Positions 17,642-27,289 of a DNA stretch of 64,000 nt are shown one piece after another (the first letter of the stretch is position 1; each line of letters starts with the position of its first letter). Origin of the DNA: a virus. The translations under genes were made by a program, and so were the position numbers. Location of the stretch: the IMG/VR virus record IMGVR_UViG_3300046171_000182, positions 71,207 through 135,206 of that record; one strand, given 5' to 3'. The notes beneath the pieces were generated by a model, which was not told where the DNA came from, did not search any database, and saw nothing but the letters and a program-made list of their open reading frames with translations.

Positions 17642-17670
17642 TTTACAAAGATGTGGTTTTGATATATAAT
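17642..17670 (+). promoter_or_regulatory. sigma70-type promoter of RNR gene
   Basis: TTTACA-N17-TATAAT. Confidence 0.7.
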
Positions 17671-17709
17671 ACCACATAAGAGAAAATCATTTATATAAAG
17701 GAAATTGCA

Positions 17710-19926
17710 ATGGCAACAGCTTCTGTTGACACACGTAAACTTTTGTCCGAAACAAAGTTTTACGATAGTTACTCACGCTTTAACGACGATAACGAAAGGT
17801 ACGAAACATGGGAGGAAGCTGTAGATCGTGTGATCGAAATGCACGCAAATCAATACAAAGAAAATGATAACGGATTAAAGTCTTATTTAGAAGAAGCTAG
17901 ACAGGCTTATAAAGAACAAAGAGTGTTAGGTGCTCAACGTGCTCTTCAATTCGGTGGAGACCAATTGCTTAAGCATCAAATGAGAATGTATAACTGTACG
18001 TCTTCATATGCAGATAGGCCATCATTTTTCGGTGAGATTTTCTATATTTTATTATGTGGCGCAGGTGCAGGATTTTCGGTACAAGAGCATCATATTGCTA
18101 GACTTCCAAAGATTACAGCACGAAGCAAGCCTGCAAAAACTCACGTAGTCACAGATGACATTGAAGGATGGGCAACCGCTGTTGATATTCTTATGTCGTC
18201 TTATTTTGCAGATGGTGGTAAATATCCAGACTATGCCGGCCGCAGAGTCTATTTTGATTTGTCAAATATCCGTCCAAAGGGATCTAAAATTTCTGGTGGA
18301 TTTAAAGCTCCAGGCCCTGATGGTCTACGACGTGCTCTTGATAAGATTGAACATCTGTTGCAAGACATCGTAATCGATGCAAAGGAATCAATTGCGTTGC
18401 GTCCAATTAATGTTTATGATATTTGTATGCATACCGCTGATGCTGTACTATCAGGCGGTGTTCGTCGCTCTGCGACTATTTGTCTGTTCTCACCTGACGA
18501 CGAAGAAATGATGTCAGCTAAAACAGGTAATTGGTTTATCGATAATCCACAACGTGGTCGTTCAAATAACTCCGCTGTCATAGTTCGAGACACAACTACA
18601 CCTGAACAGTTCGGCAAGATCATGACAAATGTAAAAGAGTTTGGTGAACCAGGTTTTGTGTTTGTAGAGTCAACTGAGCATACAACTAACCCATGTGTTG
18701 AGATAGGAATGTTCCCGCAGATAGACGGACAGTCTGGATGGCAGGGATGTAATCTTACAGAAATTAACGGTGGTAAATGTGTAACTAAAGAAGATTTCTT
18801 TCTTGCATGCCGCGCTGGTGCGATCTTAGGTACCCTCCAGGCAGGTTACACTGACTTTAAATTCTTACCGGACACAACAAAAGATATTTTTGACCGTGAA
18901 GCTTTGCTTGGCGTATCAATTACAGGATGGATGAATAATCCGGATATTCTATTTAATGCAGAAATACTTGAGGAAGGGGCAAACATTGTCAGACAAGTCA
19001 ACAGAGAAGTTGCAGGAGTTATTGGAATCAACGCAGCGGCTAGAACGACTTGTGTTAAACCAAGCGGCAACGCTTCGGTTCTATTGCAAACTGCTAGCGG
19101 TATTCATGCTGAGCATTCTAGCATGTACATACGTAATGTTCAAATGAATAAAGAGTCTGAGGTTACTCAGGCAATACAAAAAACCAATCCACACATGGTC
19201 GAAGAATCAGTTTGGTCTTCAGGCGGAACTGATGTCGTTGTATCATTTCCTATTTTGCCTAAAGAAGGATCAATGCTTAAAGACGAATTAATCGGAGTAG
19301 ATCATTTAGAACTAGTAAAGAAAGCTCAAGAACATTGGGTGAATGCTGGTACTAACGAAGAGCTATGTGCTGATAAAGGTATTCGACACAATGTATCTAA
19401 TACTATTATTGTAAAGGATTGGGATGAAGTAGAAGATTACGTATTTAAGAATCGTCGCAGCTTTGCTGGTATTTCTTTCTTATCTTCTATGGGCGATAAA
19501 GACTTTAATCAAGCACCAAACACCGGTGTCATCGATGCAAATACCATGGTTGATAAATACGGAACAGCTGCCATCTTTGCAAGTGGCTTAGTTGTTGATG
19601 CACTCAATGCATTTGATAATCTTTGGAATGCTTGTTCTACGGCTCAAGGTATGGGTGAAGATTTATCAGTCGAGTCTACACAAACTGTATTGAAGAAAGA
19701 TTGGATTCGTAGGTTCAACAACTTTGCAAATAATTATTTAGATGGTAATTTAAAGGAAACAGAATATTGCTTGAAGGATTCGTACTTGTTACATAAGTGG
19801 AATAAGATTAACGCTAACTTTAGGGATATTAGTTGGGAACATGATCTGACCGAGAAGAAGTATACTGACGTTGATACGTTAGGTGCGGCAGCTTGTGCAG
19901 GCGGAGCTTGTGAGATAGACTTTTAA
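17710..19926 (+). CDS. nrdJ: class II (adenosylcobalamin-dependent) ribonucleotide reductase
   Basis: YNC, GGVRRSA, TNPCVEI, TCVKPSG, C-terminal CAGGACE; no beta-subunit gene adjacent. Confidence 0.85.
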   Translation: MATASVDTRKLLSETKFYDSYSRFNDDNERYETWEEAVDRVIEMHANQYKENDNGLKSYLEEARQAYKEQRVLGAQRALQFGGDQLLKHQMRMYNCTSSYADRPSFFGEIFYILLCGAGAGFSVQEHHIARLPKITARSKPAKTHVVTDDIEGWATAVDILMSSYFADGGKYPDYAGRRVYFDLSNIRPKGSKISGGFKAPGPDGLRRALDKIEHLLQDIVIDAKESIALRPINVYDICMHTADAVLSGGVRRSATICLFSPDDEEMMSAKTGNWFIDNPQRGRSNNSAVIVRDTTTPEQFGKIMTNVKEFGEPGFVFVESTEHTTNPCVEIGMFPQIDGQSGWQGCNLTEINGGKCVTKEDFFLACRAGAILGTLQAGYTDFKFLPDTTKDIFDREALLGVSITGWMNNPDILFNAEILEEGANIVRQVNREVAGVIGINAAARTTCVKPSGNASVLLQTASGIHAEHSSMYIRNVQMNKESEVTQAIQKTNPHMVEESVWSSGGTDVVVSFPILPKEGSMLKDELIGVDHLELVKKAQEHWVNAGTNEELCADKGIRHNVSNTIIVKDWDEVEDYVFKNRRSFAGISFLSSMGDKDFNQAPNTGVIDANTMVDKYGTAAIFASGLVVDALNAFDNLWNACSTAQGMGEDLSVESTQTVLKKDWIRRFNNFANNYLDGNLKETEYCLKDSYLLHKWNKINANFRDISWEHDLTEKKYTDVDTLGAAACAGGACEIDF

Positions 19927-20069
19927 TGAAAGAAAGAAGTTTTATAGTCGAGTGCAATTATTGTGACATTGAAGCAGAAATATATTGCGAAACCGACATG
20001 GCTGTCGAATTCTGTCCTTTTTGTGGTGAAGAAAATAATGCGCTTGAATTAGACTCAGACGAATACTAA
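19926..20069 (+). CDS. small zinc-ribbon protein
   Basis: CNYC...CPFC, TAATG-coupled to nrdJ. Confidence 0.7.
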   Translation: MKERSFIVECNYCDIEAEIYCETDMAVEFCPFCGEENNALELDSDEY

Positions 20070-20082
20070 GATATATAAACCT

Positions 20083-20487
20083 ATGTGGGTTTATGAAAAC
20101 AAAGACTTTAACCAAACCCCTGATGAATTTCAGGGGTTTGTTTATATGGTAACCGAGAAAGATACCGGTAAAAAATATATCGGCAAAAAATTCTTCTGGA
20201 AGCCAAAAATATTGCCTGTTACTAAATCACGCAAACGTAGAGTCCGCACAAGAGTTGAATCTGATTGGCGTACATATTACGGTTCAAGTAAAGAAGTACA
20301 AAGTTTAGTAGAATCAAAAGGCAAAGACAATTATCAAAGAGAAATATTAAGACTTTGTAAGACTAAGGGTGAATGCTCTTATTACGAAGCCAAACTCCAA
20401 TTTCAATATGATGTATTATTATCTGATGAATATTATAATGAATTTATCGGTTGTAAGATACATGCAAAACATATACGAGATAAATAG
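20083..20487 (+). CDS. GIY-YIG nuclease family protein
   Basis: GFVY...KKYIGKK, YYGSS, YYE, YN. Confidence 0.75.
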   Translation: MWVYENKDFNQTPDEFQGFVYMVTEKDTGKKYIGKKFFWKPKILPVTKSRKRRVRTRVESDWRTYYGSSKEVQSLVESKGKDNYQREILRLCKTKGECSYYEAKLQFQYDVLLSDEYYNEFIGCKIHAKHIRDK

Positions 20488-20502
20488 ATTAATGAGGATG
20501 AT

Positions 20503-20925
20503 ATGGTAAGACCAGTATATGAAGTGATTCGCCGAACTAAGAATCGACGAAACAAAGAAGAAAAAATAAAAGAGTTACAAGAAGGAGAATCTTGGGCTCT
20601 AAAAGATATTTTACGCGGTGCATACGATAGCACAGTAGAATTTAACTTTCCTCAAGGCGATCCGCCTTTTACTCCCAATCAAAAGCACAATGCACCATCA
20701 AATCTTTTAAAAGAACACAAGAGATTTATGTACTTTGTTTCTGGAGGCCCAGGTGATGAGTTACCTACCTACAAACGAGAACGTATTCTATTTGAAATTT
20801 TAGAAGGCGTACATCCAGATGATGCAAAGCTTGTTGTGTCAATGATCAACAAAAAGAAATTAGAAGGCATTTCGAGGCCGGTAATCGAGGAAGCATTTCC
20901 TGGATTATTGCAGGATACATCATGA
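20503..20925 (+). CDS. conserved T4-like hypothetical protein (DUF6433-like)
   Basis: P.G.PPF...KRERILFEILEGVHP.DA...EAFP. Confidence 0.7.
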   Translation: MVRPVYEVIRRTKNRRNKEEKIKELQEGESWALKDILRGAYDSTVEFNFPQGDPPFTPNQKHNAPSNLLKEHKRFMYFVSGGPGDELPTYKRERILFEILEGVHPDDAKLVVSMINKKKLEGISRPVIEEAFPGLLQDTS

Positions 20926-20962
20926 TGGTGTGATTATTTTACTTTTAAGGAGACAATTATAC

Positions 20963-21115
20963 ATGTCAGAAAATCAGCTAGAACGTCTTAGACAAGATTC
21001 GCTTGAACTACAGGAATATGCCCAAAAACTTGAACGGAAAGGCAAGATCTCACTAATGCAAAAAATTCTGGCTAAGCGAAAATATTTAGACAATCGTATA
21101 AAAGAAGCTTCATAG
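20963..21115 (+). CDS. small hypothetical protein
   Basis: AAGGAG RBS before ATG 20963. Confidence 0.6.
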   Translation: MSENQLERLRQDSLELQEYAQKLERKGKISLMQKILAKRKYLDNRIKEAS

Positions 21116-21127
21116 TAAAAAAAGGAG

Positions 21128-21156
21128 TGTACTTCCCCCTTAAGTCGTGGTATAAT
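21128..21156 (+). promoter_or_regulatory. early promoter
   Basis: TGTACT-N17-TATAAT. Confidence 0.75.
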
Positions 21157-21189
21157 AAAGTATCATTACTTAGAGGGGGATAGTATACC

Positions 21190-21756
21190 ATGAATATCTT
21201 TATTCTAGACAAAGATCCAATAGTTGCAGCTCAATGGCAATGCGACAAGCATGTCGTAAAAATGATAGTCGAGTCAGCACAAATGCTTTCAACAGCACAT
21301 CGTATGTTAGATGGTGAAGAGACTAAACGTCCTTCTAAATCTGGTAAACGTATGGTAAAGTATTGGGTACATCCTAACGATCATATGGAAAATACTTTGT
21401 ACAAAGCCGTACACATGGGTCATCCATGTACCATATGGACAATGGAATCTAATAGTAACTATAATTGGCATTATGTTCACTTCAGAGCACTTTGTATCGA
21501 GTATCGGTTTCGCTATGGGAAAACTCACAGTACAGAAACTTTATTGACAGACGTATTACGAGATGCTCCACGTAATATTAATTACGATGAGAATCTAACA
21601 CCATTTGCTCTTGCAATGACACATGAACCACAATGCATTCACGAAGGTGATCCTGTCAGATCTTATCAAGAATATTATCATACAAAACAAGATCGTTTTA
21701 AAATGGTATGGACAAGACGTGAGACTCCGGAGTGGTTTAATGTTTGCGCAGCTTGA
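21190..21756 (+). CDS. pyrimidine-dimer DNA glycosylase (DenV)-like protein
   Basis: MNIFILD.DP..AA...CDKHVVKM..ESAQMLSTAH, HPCT.W, EY..RYGK.H. Confidence 0.7.
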   Translation: MNIFILDKDPIVAAQWQCDKHVVKMIVESAQMLSTAHRMLDGEETKRPSKSGKRMVKYWVHPNDHMENTLYKAVHMGHPCTIWTMESNSNYNWHYVHFRALCIEYRFRYGKTHSTETLLTDVLRDAPRNINYDENLTPFALAMTHEPQCIHEGDPVRSYQEYYHTKQDRFKMVWTRRETPEWFNVCAA

Positions 21757-22027
21757 ATACAAAATATTAGAAGAACTTAAGTTTGGAGACCCAGACAATC
21801 CAGGTACATGGCTAAGACTTGAGGAAAGCGAAAGAGGAACTAAAGTCATTAGGACATGGTCGAATCTTTCTAAACAATGGAACGTCATATATAGATACAA
21901 CGTAGAAGAAAATTGGGAAAAGTGGAAGAGATTATCATGCCGATTTATACAGTCAGAAGAGATAACGAAAAAGCCGAAAAGTCGTGGGAAGTCTCGTGTT
22001 CGTGGAAAGAACTCCAAGACATGTTAG
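21740..22027 (+). CDS. hypothetical protein
   Basis: ATG 21740 with GGAG RBS; 3' end overlaps next gene. Confidence 0.5.
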   Translation: MFAQLEYKILEELKFGDPDNPGTWLRLEESERGTKVIRTWSNLSKQWNVIYRYNVEENWEKWKRLSCRFIQSEEITKKPKSRGKSRVRGKNSKTC

Positions 22028-22173
22028 AAGAGTACAAACTAGTTCAAGTTTTATCTGCTCCTAAAATTGTCGAATCTACCGGTGGAGTTTTATCTAAAAC
22101 ACCTGATAGTTGGAAAGAACATCTTGGTCGCATAAAGAAGGGAGCGGGCAGGAGAAATACTATCCGAACATGA
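21937..22173 (+). CDS. small conserved protein (FmdB-like N-terminus MPIY)
   Basis: MPIYTV...WKEHLGRIKK, typical neighbour of phoH in T4-like phages. Confidence 0.65.
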   Translation: MPIYTVRRDNEKAEKSWEVSCSWKELQDMLEEYKLVQVLSAPKIVESTGGVLSKTPDSWKEHLGRIKKGAGRRNTIRT

Positions 22174-22865
22174 AAAGAAATAAGCAACCAAATAACTCAA
22201 TGACGGTTCGTATTGACGATTTACTAGAGTACGATCCATTAACTGAAACTCAACGAAAAGCCTTTGATTCGTGGGATGATGATAACAATATGGTATTGGC
22301 CGGGTCGGCTGGCACCGGTAAAACATTTGTTGGAATGTATCTTGGTTTAGAAGCAGTCCTAGATCCTAATAGTCTACAAGACAGATTAATTATTATAAGA
22401 TCTATGGTTCCAACAAGAGACATGGGATATTTACCGGGTACTAAGGCTGAAAAAGAGGAAGCATACATTGCTCCATATAAAGCAATTGCCTGTGATCTAT
22501 TTGGTGATAAGGGATCTTGGAGTAAAGCGATATCTTCAGGTAAAATACAATTTGAGTCTACCTCTTTTATTAGAGGAGTAACCGTAGATAATGCTGTGAT
22601 ATTAGTAGATGAAATGCAGAATCTAAACTTTCATGAACTAGATTCCGTTATAACACGCGTAGGTAGAGATTCTCGTATTATATTTAGTGGCGATCATCTA
22701 CAAACAGATTTTAAATATGATGACGATAAACAAGGAATATATAAATTCCTTACTATTGTTGAACAACTAAAGAACTTTGATATAATCAATTTTGGATGGC
22801 AGGATATCGTGCGATCTGATTTTGTGAGAGACTATATAATGACAAAAGAAATGCTTAACCTATAG
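22170..22865 (+). CDS. phoH: PhoH-family ATPase
   Basis: GSAGTGKT, GYLPG, FIRG, VDEMQN, GD..QTD, DIVRS. Confidence 0.92.
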   Translation: MKRNKQPNNSMTVRIDDLLEYDPLTETQRKAFDSWDDDNNMVLAGSAGTGKTFVGMYLGLEAVLDPNSLQDRLIIIRSMVPTRDMGYLPGTKAEKEEAYIAPYKAIACDLFGDKGSWSKAISSGKIQFESTSFIRGVTVDNAVILVDEMQNLNFHELDSVITRVGRDSRIIFSGDHLQTDFKYDDDKQGIYKFLTIVEQLKNFDIINFGWQDIVRSDFVRDYIMTKEMLNL

Positions 22866-22874
22866 GAGGATTAT

Positions 22875-23342
22875 ATGGCATTTAATCTATCAAACCGATC
22901 AAAAGGTAAACTCGAAGGAGTTCATCCTGATATGGTAGCCGTAGTCGAACGTGCAATTGAATTAACTAAAGTCGATTTCGGTGTTACGTACGGAGTACGT
23001 ACTGTAGAAGAACAAGAGAAGCTGGTTGCTGCAGGCAGATCTCAAACAATGAAATCAAAACATCTTGTACAAGATACTGGTTTTTCACATGCTGTCGATG
23101 TTGTAGCATATGATGGATCTGATGTTGTATGGGAACTAAATGTCTATGATGATATTTGTGATGCATTTAAAGAAGCAGCTATTGAAAAAGGTGTAGCAAT
23201 TAAATGGGGAGCAGCATGGTCTGAGGGTGACATTCGTACGTATGAAGGAACAGCCGAAGATGCTATGAATAACTATATTGATCTACGTCGATCTCAAGGA
23301 CGTCGACCGTTTATTGATGGACCTCATTTTGAATTAATGTAA
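22875..23342 (+). CDS. endolysin, M15 L-Ala-D-Glu peptidase family
   Basis: L.GVHP, G.RT.EEQ, SKH...HAVD, WG..W, DGPHFEL. Confidence 0.85.
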   Translation: MAFNLSNRSKGKLEGVHPDMVAVVERAIELTKVDFGVTYGVRTVEEQEKLVAAGRSQTMKSKHLVQDTGFSHAVDVVAYDGSDVVWELNVYDDICDAFKEAAIEKGVAIKWGAAWSEGDIRTYEGTAEDAMNNYIDLRRSQGRRPFIDGPHFELM

Positions 23343-23350
23343 ATTAACTG

Positions 23351-23379
23351 TGTACAAACCCAGTTATATGTGTTAGAAT
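23351..23379 (+). promoter_or_regulatory. early promoter
   Basis: TTAACTG-TGTACA-N17-TAGAAT. Confidence 0.8.
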
Positions 23380-23385
23380 GTTATT

Positions 23386-24066
23386 ATGAATTATATACAT
23401 GAAAAAATTGACTTAGGCTATGAAACTCTCACACGAGAAGATGGCAAGCAGCGCAGATATGTCACTCCCAAAGGCGTGGCATATCCTAGCGTTACAACTG
23501 TAACCTCTATTCTAAATGAAGACAAGATCGCTGCATGGCGAGCTCGTGTTGGTGAAGAAGAAGCTAACAAGATCGGTAGCAAAGCTGCTACTCGTGGTAC
23601 TGCGGTACACAATCTTGTAGAGAAATATCTACAAAACGATCCTGACTATGGCGAAGGCGTAATGCCACACGTCATGCAAAGTCTAACTAACATGAAACCA
23701 ATTCTTGAAAAACGTATGAATGTAATCTACGATCAAGAAGTTCCACTCTATAGCGACTATCTTAAGTTAGCCGGTACTTGTGACTGCGCTTGTAAGTTTG
23801 ACGGTGTTAATAGCATCGTTGATTTTAAGACTTCTCGCTTTCCTAAAAAGAAATCTATGCTTGACCATTATTTCATTCAAGCATGCGCCTACTCAATTAT
23901 GTGGGAAGAACGCACAGGCATGTCAATGCCTAATCTTGTTATTCTTATGGATGTTGATAATGGTAGAGCTCTGACATACAAAGAGCATCGCGATAACTGG
24001 ACAGAGAAGTTACACGAAACGATAGAATTGTTTTATCGAAGACAGAAACAAATGGTACTGTCTTAA
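23386..24066 (+). CDS. PD-(D/E)XK exonuclease
   Basis: YPSVTT, RGTAVH, E.PL.S, AGT.D, VDFKTS, Q..AY. Confidence 0.85.
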   Translation: MNYIHEKIDLGYETLTREDGKQRRYVTPKGVAYPSVTTVTSILNEDKIAAWRARVGEEEANKIGSKAATRGTAVHNLVEKYLQNDPDYGEGVMPHVMQSLTNMKPILEKRMNVIYDQEVPLYSDYLKLAGTCDCACKFDGVNSIVDFKTSRFPKKKSMLDHYFIQACAYSIMWEERTGMSMPNLVILMDVDNGRALTYKEHRDNWTEKLHETIELFYRRQKQMVLS

Positions 24067-24095
24067 ATTATTTTTCCAAAAACCGCAATTAACTG

Positions 24096-24124
24096 TGTAC
24101 ATCTCCTTAGAAGTATGGTATAAG
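24096..24124 (+). promoter_or_regulatory. early promoter
   Basis: TTAACTG-TGTACA-N17-TATAAG. Confidence 0.75.
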
Positions 24125-24148
24125 TGTATTATGATAAGGAGAATACAA

Positions 24149-24385
24149 ATGTTTAGAATTTCAAATTTTTACCAAGAAGCTGACATGACCTGGGAACGGG
24201 CTAAATCCCTGATCGAAAATATGGGTAATGGAGACCTCTTGGCTGGAATGGAAACTATGGATGCTGCATGGGAAGAACACTGCAAAGACGAACACGCATA
24301 TGATGACGATTTTGCAGATAACTATGGCGCTGAAATGAATGCTTTCAATATTGTGTTCAAAACATTTAAACCACTGTTCGCATGA
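24149..24385 (+). CDS. small early hypothetical protein
   Basis: AAGGAG RBS before ATG 24149. Confidence 0.65.
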   Translation: MFRISNFYQEADMTWERAKSLIENMGNGDLLAGMETMDAAWEEHCKDEHAYDDDFADNYGAEMNAFNIVFKTFKPLFA

Positions 24386-24999
24386 AAGGAAAATATATGA
24401 ACAATCTAAATAATCTAAATAAAGTAATCTTAACTGACTGCGATGGTGTTCTCATGAATTGGGAATATGCCATGAACGTCTGGATGCAATCCAAAGGATA
24501 TGAGATTGTAAATGATGGTCAGGAATATTACGATATGGGCGATCGTTATAACCTAAGTCACTATGATAAGAAAATGCTTGTTCGGCATTTTAATGAATCT
24601 GCCGCTATGGGTTTCTTGCCACCTCTTCGAGATGCAATGTATTACGTAGATCTCTTACATCGTAAGCATGGTTATACATTTCATATGATTACATCTCTAT
24701 CTAAAAACGAGCATGCTCAAAAGCTTCGTATTCAAAATACTAAAAAGCTTTTTGGTGATACTGCTTTTACTAAATTTATCTTCGAAGATACTGGTGCTGA
24801 CAAAGACGATGTGCTTGAACCATATCGTGACACTGGTCTTATTTGGATTGAAGACAAACTTGAAAATGCCGAACTTGGCAATGATCTTGGTCTTGAGTCT
24901 ATTGTCGTTGAACATGCACACAATATGCATAATACTACATTCCCAACTTTTGCTAAATGGAAAGACATTTATGAATATATCACTGGCGAGTCTGCTTAA
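24382..24999 (+). CDS. HAD-superfamily 5'(3')-nucleotidase-like protein
   Basis: LTDCDGVL motif I, ITS, K, WIEDK. Confidence 0.8.
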   Translation: MKGKYMNNLNNLNKVILTDCDGVLMNWEYAMNVWMQSKGYEIVNDGQEYYDMGDRYNLSHYDKKMLVRHFNESAAMGFLPPLRDAMYYVDLLHRKHGYTFHMITSLSKNEHAQKLRIQNTKKLFGDTAFTKFIFEDTGADKDDVLEPYRDTGLIWIEDKLENAELGNDLGLESIVVEHAHNMHNTTFPTFAKWKDIYEYITGESA

Positions 25000-25231
25000 T
25001 TTACGCTCTGAGTATGAAGATATTATTAGGCGATATCGCATCCCAGATGAATATAAGGAAGGCGATATACATAGTCTTATGTGGTTCAAGCATAATGGCA
25101 AAGGATCTAACAGACTTCGATCTCGTTTTGAACGTGCTATGAAAATAGCAGATATTATTTTAGAAGAATATGAAAATGAAAAAAAGAGTAATATATCAAG
25201 TATACGTAGGAAAAAGGTCACGACTCTATGA
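24971..25231 (+). CDS. hypothetical protein
   Basis: ATG 24971 fills the gap between flanking genes. Confidence 0.5.
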   Translation: MNISLASLLNLRSEYEDIIRRYRIPDEYKEGDIHSLMWFKHNGKGSNRLRSRFERAMKIADIILEEYENEKKSNISSIRRKKVTTL

Positions 25232-25976
25232 TCACTGCGTAGAATCTGTTAAAGATTATTGTAAAGCTCACAACATAGAACATGTTGTACAAAAACAACC
25301 AATCTTAAAAATTAAACCTGATGTCTTTGCTACTAATCGTAGTAAAGAGTCTTACGAAAAGCATGGCGGATTTCTTCCAATCTTTGAGAAGGAAAACGCC
25401 TTTACTTATTTAAAGACTAATGATCAGGTTGCAATTGTTGATGCTGACATCTGGATACGTCCAGGTGCATCAAACATCTTTGACAAAGTTCCAGAAGAAT
25501 ATGATTTTGGCGGAGTGCTTGAACGTGATATGCCTGTCACTCCACAGTATCTTCGTAAAATAGCAAACTATTCTCGTATGCAATATGGAATGCCAAACAT
25601 TAATCATTTGTTTGATTGGAAGCATAAGAGTGGAGCTGGTGCTGACTTCTATAACATGGGAATGATGGTACTTAATAAAGGATTTAAAGAATATCTTAAA
25701 GGCCAAACTCCTATGCAGTTTCTCATGCGACCAGAATTTAAACCTTTTATTGATGGTACGGGTAATTGGAAATGGTCAACCGATCAAACACTTCTCAATG
25801 TTTTTGTAAAAGAAAGCGGAATGAAAGTAAAAAACCTAACGTTTCATTGGAATGGTTTATTTACTGGAATTGAATTTAATAGAGTTAACGAATGTAATTT
25901 TGTACACTTCTTTCTGAAAGATAAGTTGCCTAACCGTGGTGAAAACGTAGAGGAGCTTATGCAATATGTTACTTGA
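25170..25976 (+). CDS. glycosyltransferase, GT-A (GT8/GT34-like)
   Basis: DADI (DxD), YNMGMMV, DQTLLN, HFF. Confidence 0.75.
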   Translation: MKMKKRVIYQVYVGKRSRLYDHCVESVKDYCKAHNIEHVVQKQPILKIKPDVFATNRSKESYEKHGGFLPIFEKENAFTYLKTNDQVAIVDADIWIRPGASNIFDKVPEEYDFGGVLERDMPVTPQYLRKIANYSRMQYGMPNINHLFDWKHKSGAGADFYNMGMMVLNKGFKEYLKGQTPMQFLMRPEFKPFIDGTGNWKWSTDQTLLNVFVKESGMKVKNLTFHWNGLFTGIEFNRVNECNFVHFFLKDKLPNRGENVEELMQYVT

Positions 25977-26658
25977 TAGTAGGAAAAGAATATTTGTTCA
26001 CATACCAAAAAATGCTGGTATGACAATTAGACATAGTACTTTTTTAAAAGACCGAATACTGGTAAATAATGCTGGAACACACAAGAGTAAGCAATATACT
26101 CAAGAACTTTTAGAAACTATGAATGCCATAGGAGATCATCATGGAATCGAGCACGCTCGTTGGAGAGATCTTAATGTACCGTATAGAGAACAGTACCGGG
26201 CATTTGCTGTTATTCGCAATCCTTGGGATCGTGTTGTATCTCGTTATTTCTTTGCTAAAAAAGTAATTGAAGTAGAGAGAAAGGTAGATCCTAGCTATGC
26301 TGATGTTTCGTCGTTTGAGGCATTTCTAGAAGAACGTCATCGTTGGGGCTCTCAAAAATTTATGTGGCATCGTGCTGTCCGTGGATGGTATCCTGCTCTT
26401 GATCATGTGACTGATGACAATGGAGTTGTTAGGTGTGATATAATTAGATTTGAACATCTAAACGATGATCTAATGTCGTATTTTAATATTCCCATGATGT
26501 CTAGAGCTCGTAATGTTACGGCTTTAAATAAAGGCACATATATGGATGTATATAACGACAAGACAAGACAAATAGTTGCTGATTGGTATGCAAGAGATAT
26601 TGATTGTTTCGGATATGATTTCGATACTGGTCCAACAAAAAACTATTGGGGAATTTGA
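25966..26658 (+). CDS. sulfotransferase (Sulfotransfer_2 family)
   Basis: FVHIPKNAG.TI (5'-PSB), RNPWDRVVS.Y (3'-PB), RFE.L, D...FGY. Confidence 0.85.
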   Translation: MLLDSRKRIFVHIPKNAGMTIRHSTFLKDRILVNNAGTHKSKQYTQELLETMNAIGDHHGIEHARWRDLNVPYREQYRAFAVIRNPWDRVVSRYFFAKKVIEVERKVDPSYADVSSFEAFLEERHRWGSQKFMWHRAVRGWYPALDHVTDDNGVVRCDIIRFEHLNDDLMSYFNIPMMSRARNVTALNKGTYMDVYNDKTRQIVADWYARDIDCFGYDFDTGPTKNYWGI

Positions 26659-26659
26659 T

Positions 26660-27289
26660 ATGAGTGAATTAGGGAAGTTGTTTAACAAGTACGACTGTGA
26701 CAAAACTCAAAAGCATCAATACGAAAAAATATATCAGCCAGTACTAGAAAAACTCAAAGACAAAGAGATTAATATTCTTGAAGTAGGAGTATTCAATGGT
26801 TACAGCACCGAAGCATTTCATGACTATTTGCCAAAAGCAAACTTATATGGAATAGATATTTTTACTAGAACAAAAGCAGAAGATTTGAGTTGCTATACGA
26901 CACGGGATCGTACGCACTTTCTAAGAGCAAGTTCTATTGAGCCGTCAGTCACTCGTCAGTTTATGGCAAAGTTTCCAAATGTAAAGTTTGACATAATTAT
27001 TGATGATGGTTTACATACGCCAGATGCTAATAAACTTACGTTTAGATACTTATCTCCATTATTAAAAGAAGGTGGTCACTTTTTTATAGAAGATGTTTTC
27101 CCTATGGAAAAAATGACTACAAAAGAATTGCAGCATCCTTGGTTAGTTAGACATCCAGATCGATATAATCATCTAGATAACAATGTATTCCTCAAAGAGA
27201 TTGAGAAATCAGGAATGAAAATTATTAGGCACGACAATCGTAAATTGACAGGAGAACCTGACAGCTACATTATAGAGTTAATAAAATGA
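26660..27289 (+). CDS. class I SAM-dependent methyltransferase-like protein
   Basis: DK...H.Y, ILEVGV..G.S, GIDI, FDIIIDDGLH, IED. Confidence 0.8.
   Translation: MSELGKLFNKYDCDKTQKHQYEKIYQPVLEKLKDKEINILEVGVFNGYSTEAFHDYLPKANLYGIDIFTRTKAEDLSCYTTRDRTHFLRASSIEPSVTRQFMAKFPNVKFDIIIDDGLHTPDANKLTFRYLSPLLKEGGHFFIEDVFPMEKMTTKELQHPWLVRHPDRYNHLDNNVFLKEIEKSGMKIIRHDNRKLTGEPDSYIIELIK

Noticed and set aside
17710-19926. Intein or intron in nrdJ
   Set aside because: Length and motif spacing are normal; no C/S...HN-C/S/T splice signature seen.
20083-20487. GIY-YIG gene as an intron-borne homing endonuclease
   Set aside because: Free-standing, short, no C-terminal DNA-binding repeats and nrdJ upstream is uninterrupted.
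23386-24066. Exonuclease as Cas4 of a CRISPR system
   Set aside because: No four-Cys Fe-S motif, no cas genes and no array; a common T4-like exonuclease.
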